A stretch of DNA of 64,000 bases, from positions 109,430,001 through 109,494,000 of the forward strand of contig NC_043003.1 of NCBI RefSeq assembly GCF_006345805.1. Reading direction: 5' to 3'. Below are positions 1 to 12,419 of this stretch, in pieces. Both the position numbers and the translations under genes were made by a program. How positions within the stretch are numbered: position 1 is the first letter of the stretch; every line of letters starts with the position of its first letter. The notes beneath the pieces are model-generated. The model made no database searches and was not told the origin of the DNA. It was given only the letters and a program-made list of their open reading frames with translations. The DNA comes from Octopus sinensis. Lineage: Eukaryota.

Positions 1-232
1 TTGTTGTTGTTGTTGTTGTTTAGTACCAGATCAGCGTTGATCAAAAGCATTCCAGTCATGAGTCTTCTGCCATTTTGTACATCTAAGAATCTAAGACTAC
101 ACTGGTCATGTGACCTTTTATTCTTAAAGAGCAGTAGGATGTGATTCGAGGGAGACATTGCTGCTATATTTAGCAAGTTGAAAACATAACTTCAGTACAT
201 GTTTTTAGTTTTGCCAACTTCCAATGCTAGAT

Positions 233-503
233 CCCCACCACCACCACCACCACCACCGCCACCGCCACGCCACCGCCACCGCCACGCGCTGCCGCCGCCG
301 CCTCCGCCACCGCCGCCGCCACCGCACCACCGCCACCGCCACCGCCACCACCACCACCACCGCCACCGCCACCGCCGCCGCCGCCGCCACCGCCGCAACC
401 GCCACCGCCACCACCCACCACCACCGCCGCCGCAGCAGCCACCGCACGCCCGCCACCGTCATCACCGCCACCGCCACCGCCACCACCACCACCACCACCA
501 CCA

Positions 504-534
<31 letters not shown>

Positions 535-891
535 GCCACCGCCGCCGCCGCTGCCGCGCCTCGCCTCCGCCACCCACGCCGCACACCGCCACCACCGCCA
601 CCGCCACCGCCACGCCACCGACACCGCCACCGCCACCGCACCACCGCCACCGCCACCGCACCACCACACACCGCCACCGCCACCGCCGCCGCCGCCACCG
701 CCACCGCCGCCACTGCCACCGCCACCGCCACACCGCCACCGCCACCGCCACCGCCACCACCACCACCACCACACCACCGCCACCGCCACCGCCACCCGCC
801 ACCGCCACCACCGCCACCGCCGCCACCGCCACCGCCACCGCCGCCACCGCCACCGCCACCGCCACCGCCACCACCACCACCGCCACCGCCA

Positions 892-926
<35 letters not shown>

Positions 927-1425
927 ACCGCCACCACCACCACCACCACCGCCACCACCACCGCCACCGCCACCACCGCCACCGCCACCACCACCACCAA
1001 CACCGCCACCGCCACCGCCACCGCCACGCCACCACCGCCACCGCCACCGCCACCACCACCACCGCCACCGCCACCGCCACCGCCGCCACCGCAACACCCA
1101 CCACCACACCGCCACCGCACCGCCACCGCCACCGCCACCGCCACCGCCGCCACCGCCAACGCCACCGCCGCCACCGCCCCACCGCCACCGCCACCGCCGC
1201 CACCGCCGCCACCACCACCACCGCCGCCACCGCCACCACCACCACCGCCACCACCGCGCCACCGCCACCACCACCACCGCCGCCACCGCCACCACCACCA
1301 CCAACCGCCGCCCCCGCACCACCACCCACCACCACCGCCCCGCACCACCAACCACCGCCGCCACCGCCACCACCACCACCACCACGCCCAGCCGCCACCG
1401 CCACCGCACCAACACCACCACCGCC

Positions 1426-1457
<32 letters not shown>

Positions 1458-2520
1458 CGCCGCACGCCTCCGCCACCGCCACCGCCACCGCCACCGCCAC
1501 CACCACCACCACCACCACCACCTCCGCCACCACCACCACCACCGCCGCCACCACCACCACCGCCGCCACCCCACCACCACCGCCACCGCCACCACACCAC
1601 CACCGCGCCGCCACGCCACCGCCGCTCCGCTCGGCCACGCCACCGCCACCGCCACCGCCACCACCACCCACCGCCACCACCGCCACCACCACACCACCCA
1701 CCACCACCACCAACACCACCACCACCACCACCACCGCCACCACCACCGCACCACAATCATACCACCATCACCACCACCACCACCACCACACCACCAACAA
1801 CACCACCACCACCACCACCACCGCCACCACCACCGCCACCACCACCACCGCCACCACCATCACTACCACCATCACCACCACCACCACCACCACCACCACC
1901 AACACCACCACCACCACCACCCCGCCCACCACCACCGCCACCACCACACCGCCACCACCATCACTACCACCATCACCACCACCACCGCCACCACCACCAC
2001 CACCACCACCAACACCACCACCACCCCACCACCGCCCCACCCCCGCACCACCACCACCGCACCACCAACACTACCACCATCACCACCACCACCGCCACCA
2101 CCACCACCGCCATCACCACCACCACCACCACCACCAACAACACACTCACCATTACATGTACCATGTCCATGTCCACCACCACCACCACCACCAACAACAT
2201 AGTAAGGATCATCACCCCCACCATTACCAACTACCATTATGTCCTTCCCCCCACCACTTCTAGCAGCAACTCATTCATATGCTACAACAACCACCACCAC
2301 CACCACCACCACTACCACAATCACAACCTCCACCACCATCACCATCACCATCACGACTACTGCCACTACCATGAGCATCAGTACAGCTGATACAGCCACC
2401 ACTATCACCACTACACATTGTCATCATTACCATACTGTGTCTACCACCATTACCACCACCAACACCACCACCATTACTATCGCCGCCGCCGCCGCCACCA
2501 CCACCACCACCCTACTGATC
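233..2520. repeat. (CCA/CCG)n trinucleotide low-complexity tract
   Basis: Almost pure CCA/CCG triplets with occasional 1-2 nt slips. CCG-rich at the 5' end, grading to CCA/CAT/CTA at the 3' end. Confidence 0.95.
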
Positions 2521-2814
2521 TACCATCCACACTTGTTTCCTTAACAGTTCTCTGGTGAGTACAGGTGAGGTATGAGGAAGTGAAGGTGGTAACTAGTTAA
2601 CACCTGACTATTGATAAATGTTAAATGATCAGATAAAAGGTGTGGATGTAATTGTTCTTCTATCATTGCATCTGGTTATTGTTGTATTTATATGTGAGTA
2701 TGTGTGGGCGTGTGTGTGTTGTGTGTGTGTGTGTGTAGTGGGGTTGCAATTGGTTTGTTTGCGTTTGTATTCCTTTTTTGATGTTATAAACAGTCACACA
2801 CACACACATATATA

Positions 2815-3040
2815 TATTTCTTTACTACCCACAAGGGGCTAAACATAGAGGGGACAAACAAGGACAGACAAATGGATTAAGTCGATTGCATCGACTCCAG
2901 TGCAAAACTGGTACTTTATTTATCGACCCTGAAAGGATGAAAGGCAAAGCCGACCTCAGTGGAATTTGAACTCAGAGCGTAACGACAGACGAAATACTGC
3001 TAAGCATTTTTCCCGGCGCGCTAACGTTTCTGCCAGCTTG
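2815..3040 (-). mobile_element. tRNA-headed SINE family B
   Basis: Minus strand has B-box-like GAGTTCAAATTCC followed by GCCTTTCATCCTTTCAGGGTCGATAAA. Near-identical copies at about 23160-23395, 33465-33695 and 53115-53310. Confidence 0.8.
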
Positions 3041-3109
3041 CTGCAATCACATATACCACACATACACACACATGCACACGCACACACACACACACACACA
3101 CACATTACT

Positions 3110-3610
3110 GACACTGTTGGTTACAACAACGTGAGTTTCAGTTGATCTGATCAACGGAACAGCCTGCTCATGAAATTAACGTGCAAGTGGCTGAGCGCTC
3201 CACAGATATGCTTACCCTTAACATAGTTCTCAGGGAGATTCAACATGACACAGAGATTGAAAGGAATGGCCCTTTGAATCACAGGTAGTACTCATTTTTA
3301 CCAACTGAATGAACTGGAGCAATGTGAGAAAAAGTTTTCTTGGTCAAGGGGACAATGAGTAAAAAGTAAAGTTACCTTCCTGAGTCACGCTGACTCATAA
3401 GGGATGATTTCATGGTGTATATATTCCCCACCCAGACAGGACACCAGTGTATCACAGGATTACTCATTTTTGCCAGTTGAGTGGACAAGAGTAATGTGAA
3501 ATGAAGTGTTTTGCTCAGGAACACGTGTTGCCCAGTCCAGGAATTGAAACCACAGTCTTATGATCATGAGTCCAACACCCTAACAGCCAAGCTATGTGCT
3601 TCCCTCAAGG
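3110..3610 (-). mobile_element. Two adjacent degenerate tRNA-headed SINE copies (family E)
   Basis: Minus strand GGTTTCAATTCCTGGACTGGG then GAGCAAAACACTTCATTTCACATT. Related segments at about 32640-32820, 56120-56285 and 61315-61540. Confidence 0.6.
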
Positions 3611-3642
3611 AGACAACACACTGCCAGTATTCAAACTCATAA

Positions 3643-4195
3643 ACCTGGGACAAGGTGGTGAAGCACGACCTTCGAACATTAGGTCTCACAGAGGCTATGA
3701 CAAGTGACCGAGACCTTTGGAAGTATGCTGTGCATGAGAAGACCCGGCAGGACAAGTGAGACCATAACCCATGCCTTCTATCTGGGATGTAGCCAGTCTA
3801 CTTATGCATACCATTCCTTCTTGGGACACAAAACTCTGCTTGTGAAAACCTGTTGAGGCAAGTGAAATCGAAATTGAAATCAATAAAAAATTAATGGAAA
3901 TTGTAGCTGTGATACCAGTGCCAGTGGCATGTAAATGAACAATCTGAATGTGGCCGTTGCCAGCGCCGCCCTGACTGGCCGTTGCCAGCCTCGCCTGGCA
4001 CCTGTGCTGGTGGCACATAAAAAGCACCCACTAAACTCTCGGAGTGGTTGGCGTTAAGAAGGGCATCCAGCTGTAGAAACACTGCCAGATCAGACTGGAG
4101 CCTGGTGCAGCCTCCTGGCTTCTCAGACCCCAGTTGAACCGTCCAACCCATGCTAGCATGGAAAACGGATGTTAAACGATGATGATTATGATGAT
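3643..4195 (+). mobile_element. 5'-truncated RTE-clade LINE 3' end (ORF C-terminus, 3' UTR, (GAT)n tail)
   Basis: 3643-3759 reads TWDKVVKHDLRTLGLTEAMTSDRDLWKYAVHEKTRQDK*, then the conserved tail GGAAGGGCATCCAGCTGTAGAAAC...CCAACCCATGCTAGCATGGAAAACGGA and GAT repeats. Confidence 0.8.
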
Positions 4196-4253
4196 AACCT
4201 TATGATCCAAATACCCTAACCACTAACCCATGTGCCTCCACACATACACACAT

Positions 4254-4289
<36 letters not shown>

Positions 4290-4659
4290 CACTTTTTCAC
4301 TTCTTACATTGCTTGCATAGGTAAGAGGAAATTCTTTGAGGCAGGTTATTTTATGTCTTGCTGCTTTTCTTGTCACCTGCCTTCACCTGTTTCCATGCCA
4401 GCTATATTTCCCTCATGGCTAGGAATGTTTTCATGAAAGGTCGGAAGTATTTCATTTATCTACAGTGAGAAATTTTCTCCATGGCAAAACACATTGAATA
4501 GTTCGTTTACAAGTTCAAATGCACCACTGGCCTATTCGAACTGGTAACAACATTGCAACAACCACTTCTGTTTACAACTACTGCATGTCTGCATAATGCC
4601 AGACAAGGAAATACAATCATACATACACATGTATACTGACATGTTATATATATTCCTAT

Positions 4660-4860
4660 ACTCCCTCTTTTACTTGTTTCAGTCATTTGACTGCGGCCAT
4701 GCTGGAGCACCGCCTTAAATCGAGCAACTCGACCCCAGGACTTATTCTTTTGTAAGCCCAGTACTTATTCTATCAGTCTCTTTTGCCGAACCGCTAAGTG
4801 ACGGGGACGTAAACACACCAGCATCGGTTGTCAAGCAATGCTAGGGGGACAAACACACAA

Positions 4861-4891
<31 letters not shown>

Positions 4892-5025
4892 CATATATAC
4901 AACAGGCTTCTTTCAGTTTCCGTCTACCAAATCCACTCACAAGGCATTGGTCAGCCCGGGGCTATAGCAGAAGACACTTGCCCAAGATGCCACACAGTGG
5001 GACTGAACCCAGAACCATGTGGTTG
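4660..5025 (-). mobile_element. tRNA-headed SINE family A
   Basis: Reverse complement of the 24811-25208 copy. Tail GGCGGTGCTCCAGCATGGCCGCAGTCAAATGACTGAAAC. Confidence 0.85.
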
Positions 5026-5072
<47 letters not shown>

Positions 5073-5162
5073 TAATATCAAAGGGTAATCAGAAATATTA
5101 GAAATTTCCTTTACCAGTGGCCTAACGTGTAGAAATTTAGTCAATAGACTATATATTATTGA

Positions 5163-5390
5163 TATAAATACAGTGTACATTTAAACACATAAGATGCATC
5201 CATCATAGGACTCCTTGCATGCTAGAGAGAACAGTTAAATTCCAAACCACTATTAGGGATAAAATTTCAAAGGGAATGAAAAATAAAAACATTTATCATC
5301 TAGTGGTTTGGAATTTAACTGTTCTCTCTAGCGTGCAAGGAGTCCTATGATGGATGCTTCTTATGTGTTTAAATGTACACTGTATTTATA
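5163..5390. repeat. Near-perfect 90-bp inverted repeat with 48-bp spacer
   Basis: 5163-5252 is the reverse complement of 5301-5390, with two mismatches seen. Confidence 0.9.
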
Positions 5391-5396
5391 TATATG

Positions 5397-5795
5397 TAGG
5401 CATAGGAGTGGCTGTGTGGTAAGTAGCTTGCTTACTAACCACATGGTTCCGGGTTCAGTCCCACTGCGTGGCACCTTGGACAAGTGTCTTCTACTATAAC
5501 CTCGGGCCGACCAAAGCCTTGTGAGTGGATTTGGTAGATGGAAACTGAAAGAAACCTGTTGTATATATGTATACATATATATATGTATGTGTGTGTGGGT
5601 ATATGTTTGTGTGTCTGTGTTTATCCCCCCAACATTGCTTGACAACCGATGCTGGTGTGTTTACATCCCAGTAACTTAGCTGATAGAATAAGTACTAGGC
5701 TTACAAAGCATAAATCCTGGGGTCGATTTGCTCCACTAAAGGCGGTGCTCCAGCATGGCCACAGTCAAATGACTGAAACAAGTAAAAGAGTAAGA
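5397..5795 (+). mobile_element. tRNA-headed SINE family A
   Basis: A-box-like TGGCTGTGTGG, B-box-like GGTTCAGTCCC, internal TA/TG microsatellite and the family tail. Confidence 0.85.
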
Positions 5796-5834
5796 GTATA
5801 TATATATATGTTTCCTCCACAGTTTGGGATCAGT

Positions 5835-6262
5835 GTTCCTTTATGCAGCTGTATGGATGAGGGCAGCTGCATAAAGAAGTGCCAATCCCTAACTATGGAG
5901 GGAACCTGTGGAAGAGGTAGATCCAGGAAGACATGAGATGTGGTGGTGAAGCATGATCTTTTGACGTTGGGTCTCACAGAGGCGATGACAAAGGACTGAG
6001 ACCTTTGGCAGTTTGCTGTGCTCGAGAAGACTTGCCAGGCCAAGTGAAATCATAATCACGGACAGTGCTGGTGACACATAAAACACACCCATACTGTGAC
6101 ATGTGAAAGGTGCTCGCTATACTCCTGGGGTGGTTGGCTCTAGGGAGGGCATCCAGCTTTAGAAACTAAGCCAAAATCAGACTGGCGCCTGGTACAGCTC
6201 TCTGTCTTACCAGTTCCAATCAAACTATTTAACCCATGCTAGCATGGAATTCGGACGCTAAA
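5835..6262 (+). mobile_element. RTE-clade LINE 3' end
   Basis: MDEGSCIKKCQSLTMEGTCGRGRSRKT*DVVVKHDLLTLGLTEAMTKD*DLW (decayed C-terminus) plus the same 3' tail. Confidence 0.75.
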
Positions 6263-6653
6263 ATAAAAAAAAAAAAGAAAGAATATAGATGTATTTGAAA
6301 CAATAAATAGAAATGGCTTTTCTGATAATTTTTCCACTTTAATAATTAGACGTTTATAAATTATTAAATGATTTGTAAACACCTAATAATTCATAAACGT
6401 CTAATTACTAAAGTGGAAAAATTATCAGGAAAACCATTTCTATTCATTTTCTCAAATTATAATACCGCACCAAAGACTTTCTATTTCTATTCACACACAC
6501 ACACACATACACACACACATACACACACACACACACACATACACACACACACACGCACACGCACATTAATGTTTGTTTTTACATTCAGTTATAATAAAAA
6601 TAGTTTTACATTAATCAGATGGGTTACTCTATACGTTTGTGGTGTACAAATTT

Positions 6654-6774
6654 ATTATTCTTATACTAGAATGTTGTTGATAGTGACTTCGAAGTTTCAG
6701 CTAGCAATCTGATGATGGCTAAGCTGGCTGGAATTTTGAAGTTACTATCAACAACATTCTACTATAAGAATAAT
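6654..6774. ncRNA. Fold-back insertion containing a degenerate type I hammerhead motif
   Basis: Arms 6654-6705 and 6721-6774 are inverted. Plus strand: CTGATGA(6709)-TGGCTAAGCTGGCT-GGAATTTTGAAGTT-ACTATC. The left arm on the minus strand reads GAAA-CTTCGAAG-TC-ACTATC. Confidence 0.5.
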
Positions 6775-6811
6775 ATGTGTGTGTGTGTGCATGTGTGTGT
6801 GTGTGTGTATG

Positions 6812-7694
6812 TACAAGGTTTGATCAATAAGTATCTGGAGTGTTGCCATAGTAACGAAGCTAAAGCATGTAGTGTGAAACCATTTGGCAAAGATTGACTT
6901 TAAACTCTGCTGTAGATGTGCACAAAGTTTTAACATTCTAGCTTGCTTCTGCTGTTTACAGCAGAGCTTGGAAGGAAGGTGCATGGCATGTGATTGTTGC
7001 ATTGACCATGACAGAGAAAGTTGTCATGGTGATACCTGCTCAGACGCCTACACAAAGTTGCAGAAAGTGTATGGAGAGGAGTGCATGAGCCGTACACAAG
7101 TGTCTGAGTGGGTTAGACATTTCCAAGATGGCCGAAAATGTCACTATTGACGAATGTTCTGGAAGACCGGCAACCAGCAGAACTGAGAAAAACATCCAGA
7201 TGTGCATGCAGCTGTGAGGGGAATCATTGAATCACCATCTGTGAGTTATCAGATGTGAAGATTAGTCACAGTTTAGTCCATTATCACCGAAGATTTGGGT
7301 ATGAGACATGTTGCTGCCAATTTTGTGCCATAACTGCTTTCAGCTGACCAAAAAGACATTTGGGTTTCAGTTGCACAAAATCTTAATTGTCTCAAGAACG
7401 ATGTAAACTTTTTGAAAACTTTGCATAGGCCTCTGAGCTGGTATTGCCAAGCTTTTGCAAAATTTTATGCAGATTCTCTGCTCACCTTTATCTGTCATGG
7501 TCAATAAGACAATTATATGCTACATGCCTACCTTCTAATCACTGCTGTAAATAGCTGAAGCAAGCTAGAACATTAAAACTTAGTATTCATGCACAACAGA
7601 GTTTACGGTCAACCTGTGCCAAGCAGCTTCACTCTGCGTGCTTTGGCTATGTTAGTATAGAAACAATCCAGATACATAAAGATCAGACCATGTA
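6812..7694. mobile_element. Non-autonomous mariner derivative with long inverted arms
   Basis: About 44-bp imperfect TIRs (TACAAGGTTTGATCAATAAGTATCTGGA / TCCAGATACATAAAGATCAGACCATGTA). HTH remnant AYTKLQKVYGEECMSRTQVSEWVRHFQDGR. Arms of about 270 bp. Confidence 0.75.
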
Positions 7695-8910
7695 TATTGG
7701 GTCATCCCATAAATAATGCAGTTTTTTCAATTGCATGAAATGAAAGTCAGAGGAGGATGGGATAAACTACCTGCATCGCCTTACTGTAGAAGCAGGTAGT
7801 AATTTCACCTTGTACTTATTCTTAGTGTAAGTTTTGAAGAGTGCAGTTCGATTTTAACAGTTATTTTTTCAAAACTATAATGGAAGTAACAAAGGAGCAT
7901 ATCCAGCATATTTTGCTTTAAGGGTTCAATAAAGGCAACAACACAATGGGAAATGCAAGGGATATTAATGCAGTGTATGGGGATCAGGCAATAAGCACAA
8001 GCCAGTGTCAACGGTGGTTCCAGAACTTCTGAGCCAGAAACTACCACCTAGAAGATGAGCCTCATCCTGGAAGATCTGTAGAGCTTGACAAGGATGTCCT
8101 GCGAACCCTGATGGAACAAAATCTCATCATAACTGTTGAGAAACTAATAGAGAAGCTTTTGATTTGGTCATTTAACCATTCATTGACACCTACGTCTAAT
8201 AGCATGCAGAGAGTGAATGTGTGCTTTTCTTTGCTGTCATGTCTCACGAATGAACCTTTTTTGGACCAAATAGTGACTGGTGACAAGAAATGGGTTCTCT
8301 ATAAAAATGTCAAGCACCAAAGACATTGGATAGAGAAAGGTAAAATACTGGCACCCTAAGCTAAGGAAGATCTTCACCTATGTAAGTTGTTGTTATCTAG
8401 TTTGGTGGGGTATGAAAAGTTTAGTCCACTTTGAACTTTTAAATCCAAACCAAAACGATAACAAAGGAGATCTACAGTGAGCAGCTTGAGCAGCTTAAGT
8501 CAGCGCTAGAAGAAAAAAGGCCATTTTTGGTTTCAAGACGAATGGTGTTCTTCCATCAGGATAATGCTTGGCCACATACAGTGAGGATGACATTCCAAAG
8601 GCTGGAGCAGTTTCAATGGGAACGACGCCCTACCCACCATATTTGCCACACATTGCTCCATCTGATTAGCATTTATTCTGCAAGTCTTCAAAATCATTTT
8701 GGATGGAAAGAATATGAATTCTGTAGATGAGATCAGAACAGTAGTGGAGGAGTATTTTTCATCACAGATAAGTGAATTTTGGAAGAGGGACCTTGCAAGT
8801 CTACCAGATAGATGGAAGAGGATTGTAGAAAATAAAGGAGAGTATATTTTAGATTCAAAAAGAACATTATCTTAATTTCGAAAAATAAAAGAAGTATAAA
8901 AACCACAATA
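7695..8910 (+). mobile_element. Mariner transposon, decayed transposase
   Basis: Left end TATTGGGTCATCCCATAAATAATGC. Motif remnants FLDQIVTGDKKWVLY, FFHQDNAWPH, HIAPSD and LPDRWKRIVENKGEYI, with frameshifts and stops. Confidence 0.9.
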
Positions 8911-8972
8911 TGTATATATATATAAACATATATATATATATATATACTTTATTTTAAGCAGCAGAAAATTCA

Positions 8973-9024
8973 ACAAAATCTGTTACTCTGAGTTTCTCGT
9001 TGCCGTTCATCAGACAGTTTTTGC
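8973..9024 (-). ncRNA. Type I hammerhead ribozyme-like motif
   Basis: GCAAAAACTGT-CTGATGA-ACGGCAACGA-GAAA-CTCAGAG-TA-ACAGATTTTGT. Stem I has 10 of 11 pairs, stem II is CG/CG with a GCAA loop, triplet GUA, A.A at 10.1/11.1. Confidence 0.65.
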
Positions 9025-10001
9025 TAGAATGGAACTGATATATCAATTCAATCTATACTCTTACAAACGCTACACCTTTAAAAAGAAATGGACTTGTTTG
9101 ATTGGCCCTTTAGAAAAAACGGTCAATCTTCGAGCGATAAACAAAAAGGTCAAAAATATATGTATATATATATAAAAAACTTATAAAAATTATAAAATCC
9201 GAGGAAAAAACCTATTGACGTTAATGAAGACAGTGCAAATTAATGCATAGAAATTAAACCTGTTATAAATACTGCAATACATATTTATATTAAAATCCAC
9301 ATATATATATCAACATACACAAAAGGATGCGCGTAAACGCCATACATACATATACAGACGTATGAATATAAATCTAAATATACACATAAAAGCATGTGTA
9401 CATATATTCACGCAAACCGTCTCGCACGCAAGCTAAAATTCATCTATGTAGCAATTCTCATATACTGAGCAAGGAGGGGGAACGAAAGAAAGGGAGAGAG
9501 AGAAAAAGGAACGAAGGAGGGGTGGGAAAAAAACGAAATAAGAAAAAATTATGTATACAAGCAGTGTAACGGTATTATTGGCATATATAGAGACCAGTAT
9601 ACATACACAAGTTTGAATGGATACATATACATACAGTCGTGTATATGTGTGCTTAAGCACAAACATACTTTCACTTACACATACAGATACGCATGCTTAC
9701 AAATACATATGCTTTGCTATACACATACTTATATAAACATTCTAATTTTGACAACATTGCTTTTTTTAAAAAAAAACATTGCTTTTAAAAAATGGGTGCA
9801 TTAATAAAAATACATACGAAAGACATATAAAATAAAATATAACATATATATATATATATATATAGATTCAAATGAATAAGATAAGCTCTACTACCTCAAT
9901 GTTCTTAAAATTCAAATCAACATCATTGTCTATATATCTACCTTCTCTATAATGTTATCAATTAATATGAAAATTACGTATTAATGGGAAACCTCTATAA
10001 A

Positions 10002-10085
10002 TGGCTGATGATTGCTCAACATTTTAAAACTCTTGTAATACTTACAATATTTAATAAAATGATGTAGCGTGAAACGATCGTACCA
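10002..10085 (+). ncRNA. Degenerate type I hammerhead-like motif with long stem II
   Basis: TGG-CTGATGA(10005)...GAAA(10071)-CGATCG-TA-CCA. Stem II pairs GCT/AGC, CATTTTA/TAAAATG and TTGTAA/TTACAA. Confidence 0.45.
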
Positions 10086-10115
10086 AATTACCGGAGATGT
10101 TCTTGTTGCTTATTT

Positions 10116-10151
<36 letters not shown>

Positions 10152-11399
10152 TCTGAGAATCCATAAATCACTATACACTTGTGTACTTGCCAACAGAGTG
10201 AATATACTAAACAAAGAGTACAGTATTATAGATCCTTACGGCCAATCGAACCAATTGATTTTGCACTGGGTATTAAACTGGATGTTCAATAACAGCATAG
10301 TTAAGTTGTACCACATGCTTGTCAAAGCTGCAAGGTATGGAAAGAATATGACTACTGCATCCTGCCTCTGTTTCAGGCATCGGTCCATCCAATCTCTTTT
10401 TTATACTAGGTCACCGTTAAAGATGAGCCTACTAAAAACTTTACTGAACCTATTTGTAAGGGGAAAGTATTTATCCACAAGCAGACGCAAATGAACACAC
10501 AGATGCCCCAGCATGGGCTTAAGTGTTCACACACCTGCCCATACCTAGTATCCATCCTACCAAACAAGCTTACATATATAATATGAAACAACATGAAATA
10601 AATGTCTATAATAGATGACGTTTATCCAAGTTGTGTGCAGTGAGATTGAACCTGAAAATACCATGTGGTTAGAAAGCAAACTCCTTAACTCAACCCAGGT
10701 TTATGTCAAGCGAAAAAGCATTATAACAGAAATAAAGATAATGATATAGCAGAACCAAAAGGATTTTCGATTAAACACACTTAGTTCTGTCTCTTTATAG
10801 TATCACAAGCACAACGGGACCCCCCCCCCCACCGTCCAATGGTCGGTGCTGAGTTGTCAAACATTTAAACCAAATTTTCTCAAAACAACTTGTCCTACCG
10901 TCCCATAGGCCTCTCCTTAGAGAAACACTGATTTAACTTAAATTTGAGACACCAGCAAAAGAAGAAATAAAGATAGACTGTTTTTCTGTTCCAAAGAAAA
11001 ACGATTTTATTCACACAAATATGCAACTGAAGAGTTTAAAGTACCAGTAATGATAAGGCTGTTGACATTAAGCTTGGCAGGAAAGAAACCTGCCTTTAAG
11101 CAGTGCAAAAACAACAAAAAAAGGAAGGTGCAGTTATGTACAGGTTGACGGAAGAAAAGCAGCACAAAAACGATGCATGCAAATGGGTTAGCTGGAGGTA
11201 ATTCTAGATGGAAAAGCATGAGGAATTTATGAGAACGTACTTGGGACAATAATAGAATTATCCGATAAAGCATGTAGGAAATCAACTTGGGGTAATTTTT
11301 GATGAAAAGCAACAACCTAGGGAACTAAGTAACTAATTTTAAGCTAACTTACTTTACGGGATGTTCAAGGGCATGGAAAAGCTAGTGGCAACAGTTGAT

Positions 11400-11600
11400 G
11401 TACTTGCACATACAAATGCACGTTCCCACGGCTTTATCGATAACATTCTCACCTGGAATCGATTTTTGTAATTTTTTCAAGACTTATACACGCCCTGATA
11501 CCGTCGGTACCTACATATCAAATTTGAGCGTAATCGGATGGAGGATGCCTGAGATCCTAGAAGACACACACACAGACAGAACGGATTTTATATAATAGAT
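11400..11600 (+). mobile_element. Possible Helitron-like non-autonomous element 3' end
   Basis: CAAATTTGAGCGTAATCGGATGG...ACAGACAGAACGGATTTTATATAATAGAT. A similar ending occurs at about 13300-13492. Recognised by general pattern only. Confidence 0.3.
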
Positions 11601-12419
11601 TTAACATCATAACATCACTCACTCTGGTCTTGACATTGCTTGTCATTCCACTAAGTTTGTGAGACATAGTAATGGTCATTTAATCTAAATCCTTGCATTC
11701 TTGACTCAAATCCTGCTGATGTGAACTTTGCAATTGCATCTTTCTGAAGTTGATAACATAGCCGTCTGGAGTAGTGGACTGGTGGATTCATTAACGTTGG
11801 TCAGGATACCTTGCATTATTTGTTCTGGCGTTTTGCTTTCTGAGTTCAAATCCTGCCTTGGTATTTACCCAGCAAAAGAAACTTTAACAATGACACTTGA
11901 AACAACTAGCTAAATCCCACACAAGTACACATCACTAAAAGGCAATGCTACTTGCTTCTCAAGAGCATAAAGGGGCACTTGGCAATTCAGTAGAAACTTG
12001 CAGAAAAATGTTGGAAAATATATTAAGCGCTATATAATAACAGTATAATAATAACAGCCAATATGAATTTGATTCTTTGGTTGATTGATTTCTCCAGTCA
12101 TGCTTATATTATATAGAGAGAAAGGGGAAAAAGAGTATAAGAGGGATACGGAGAGAAGGGAAGGATGAATGTTTTATAAATTTCTGAAAAGACAAAAAGA
12201 CAAAAAACAAATAAACCTATGTTTTTAATGAATTTTTGCTGAGTTAGGTTTTCGTGGAGCAGATTGTAATTATGTTGATAAAATTTATAAAAATAATAAT
12301 GAATATTTATTGTAAATATGCAAATAAGAAATATGTTTTATTTAATTTTATTTTAAGATATTTGTCTTTTTGAAAATTAGTATTCATTTGATAAAAGCTA
12401 AATTATAATTATTGCATGT

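Noticed and set aside
192-2544. Long ORFs (up to 679 aa) on both strands
   Set aside because: Produced by stop-free CCA/CCG triplets. The poly-P/H/T/G/V translations have no domain content.
2529-2560. Possible 7-nt microexon (ttaacag|TTCTCTG|gtgagt)
   Set aside because: No partner exons were found on the plus strand, and such matches arise by chance.
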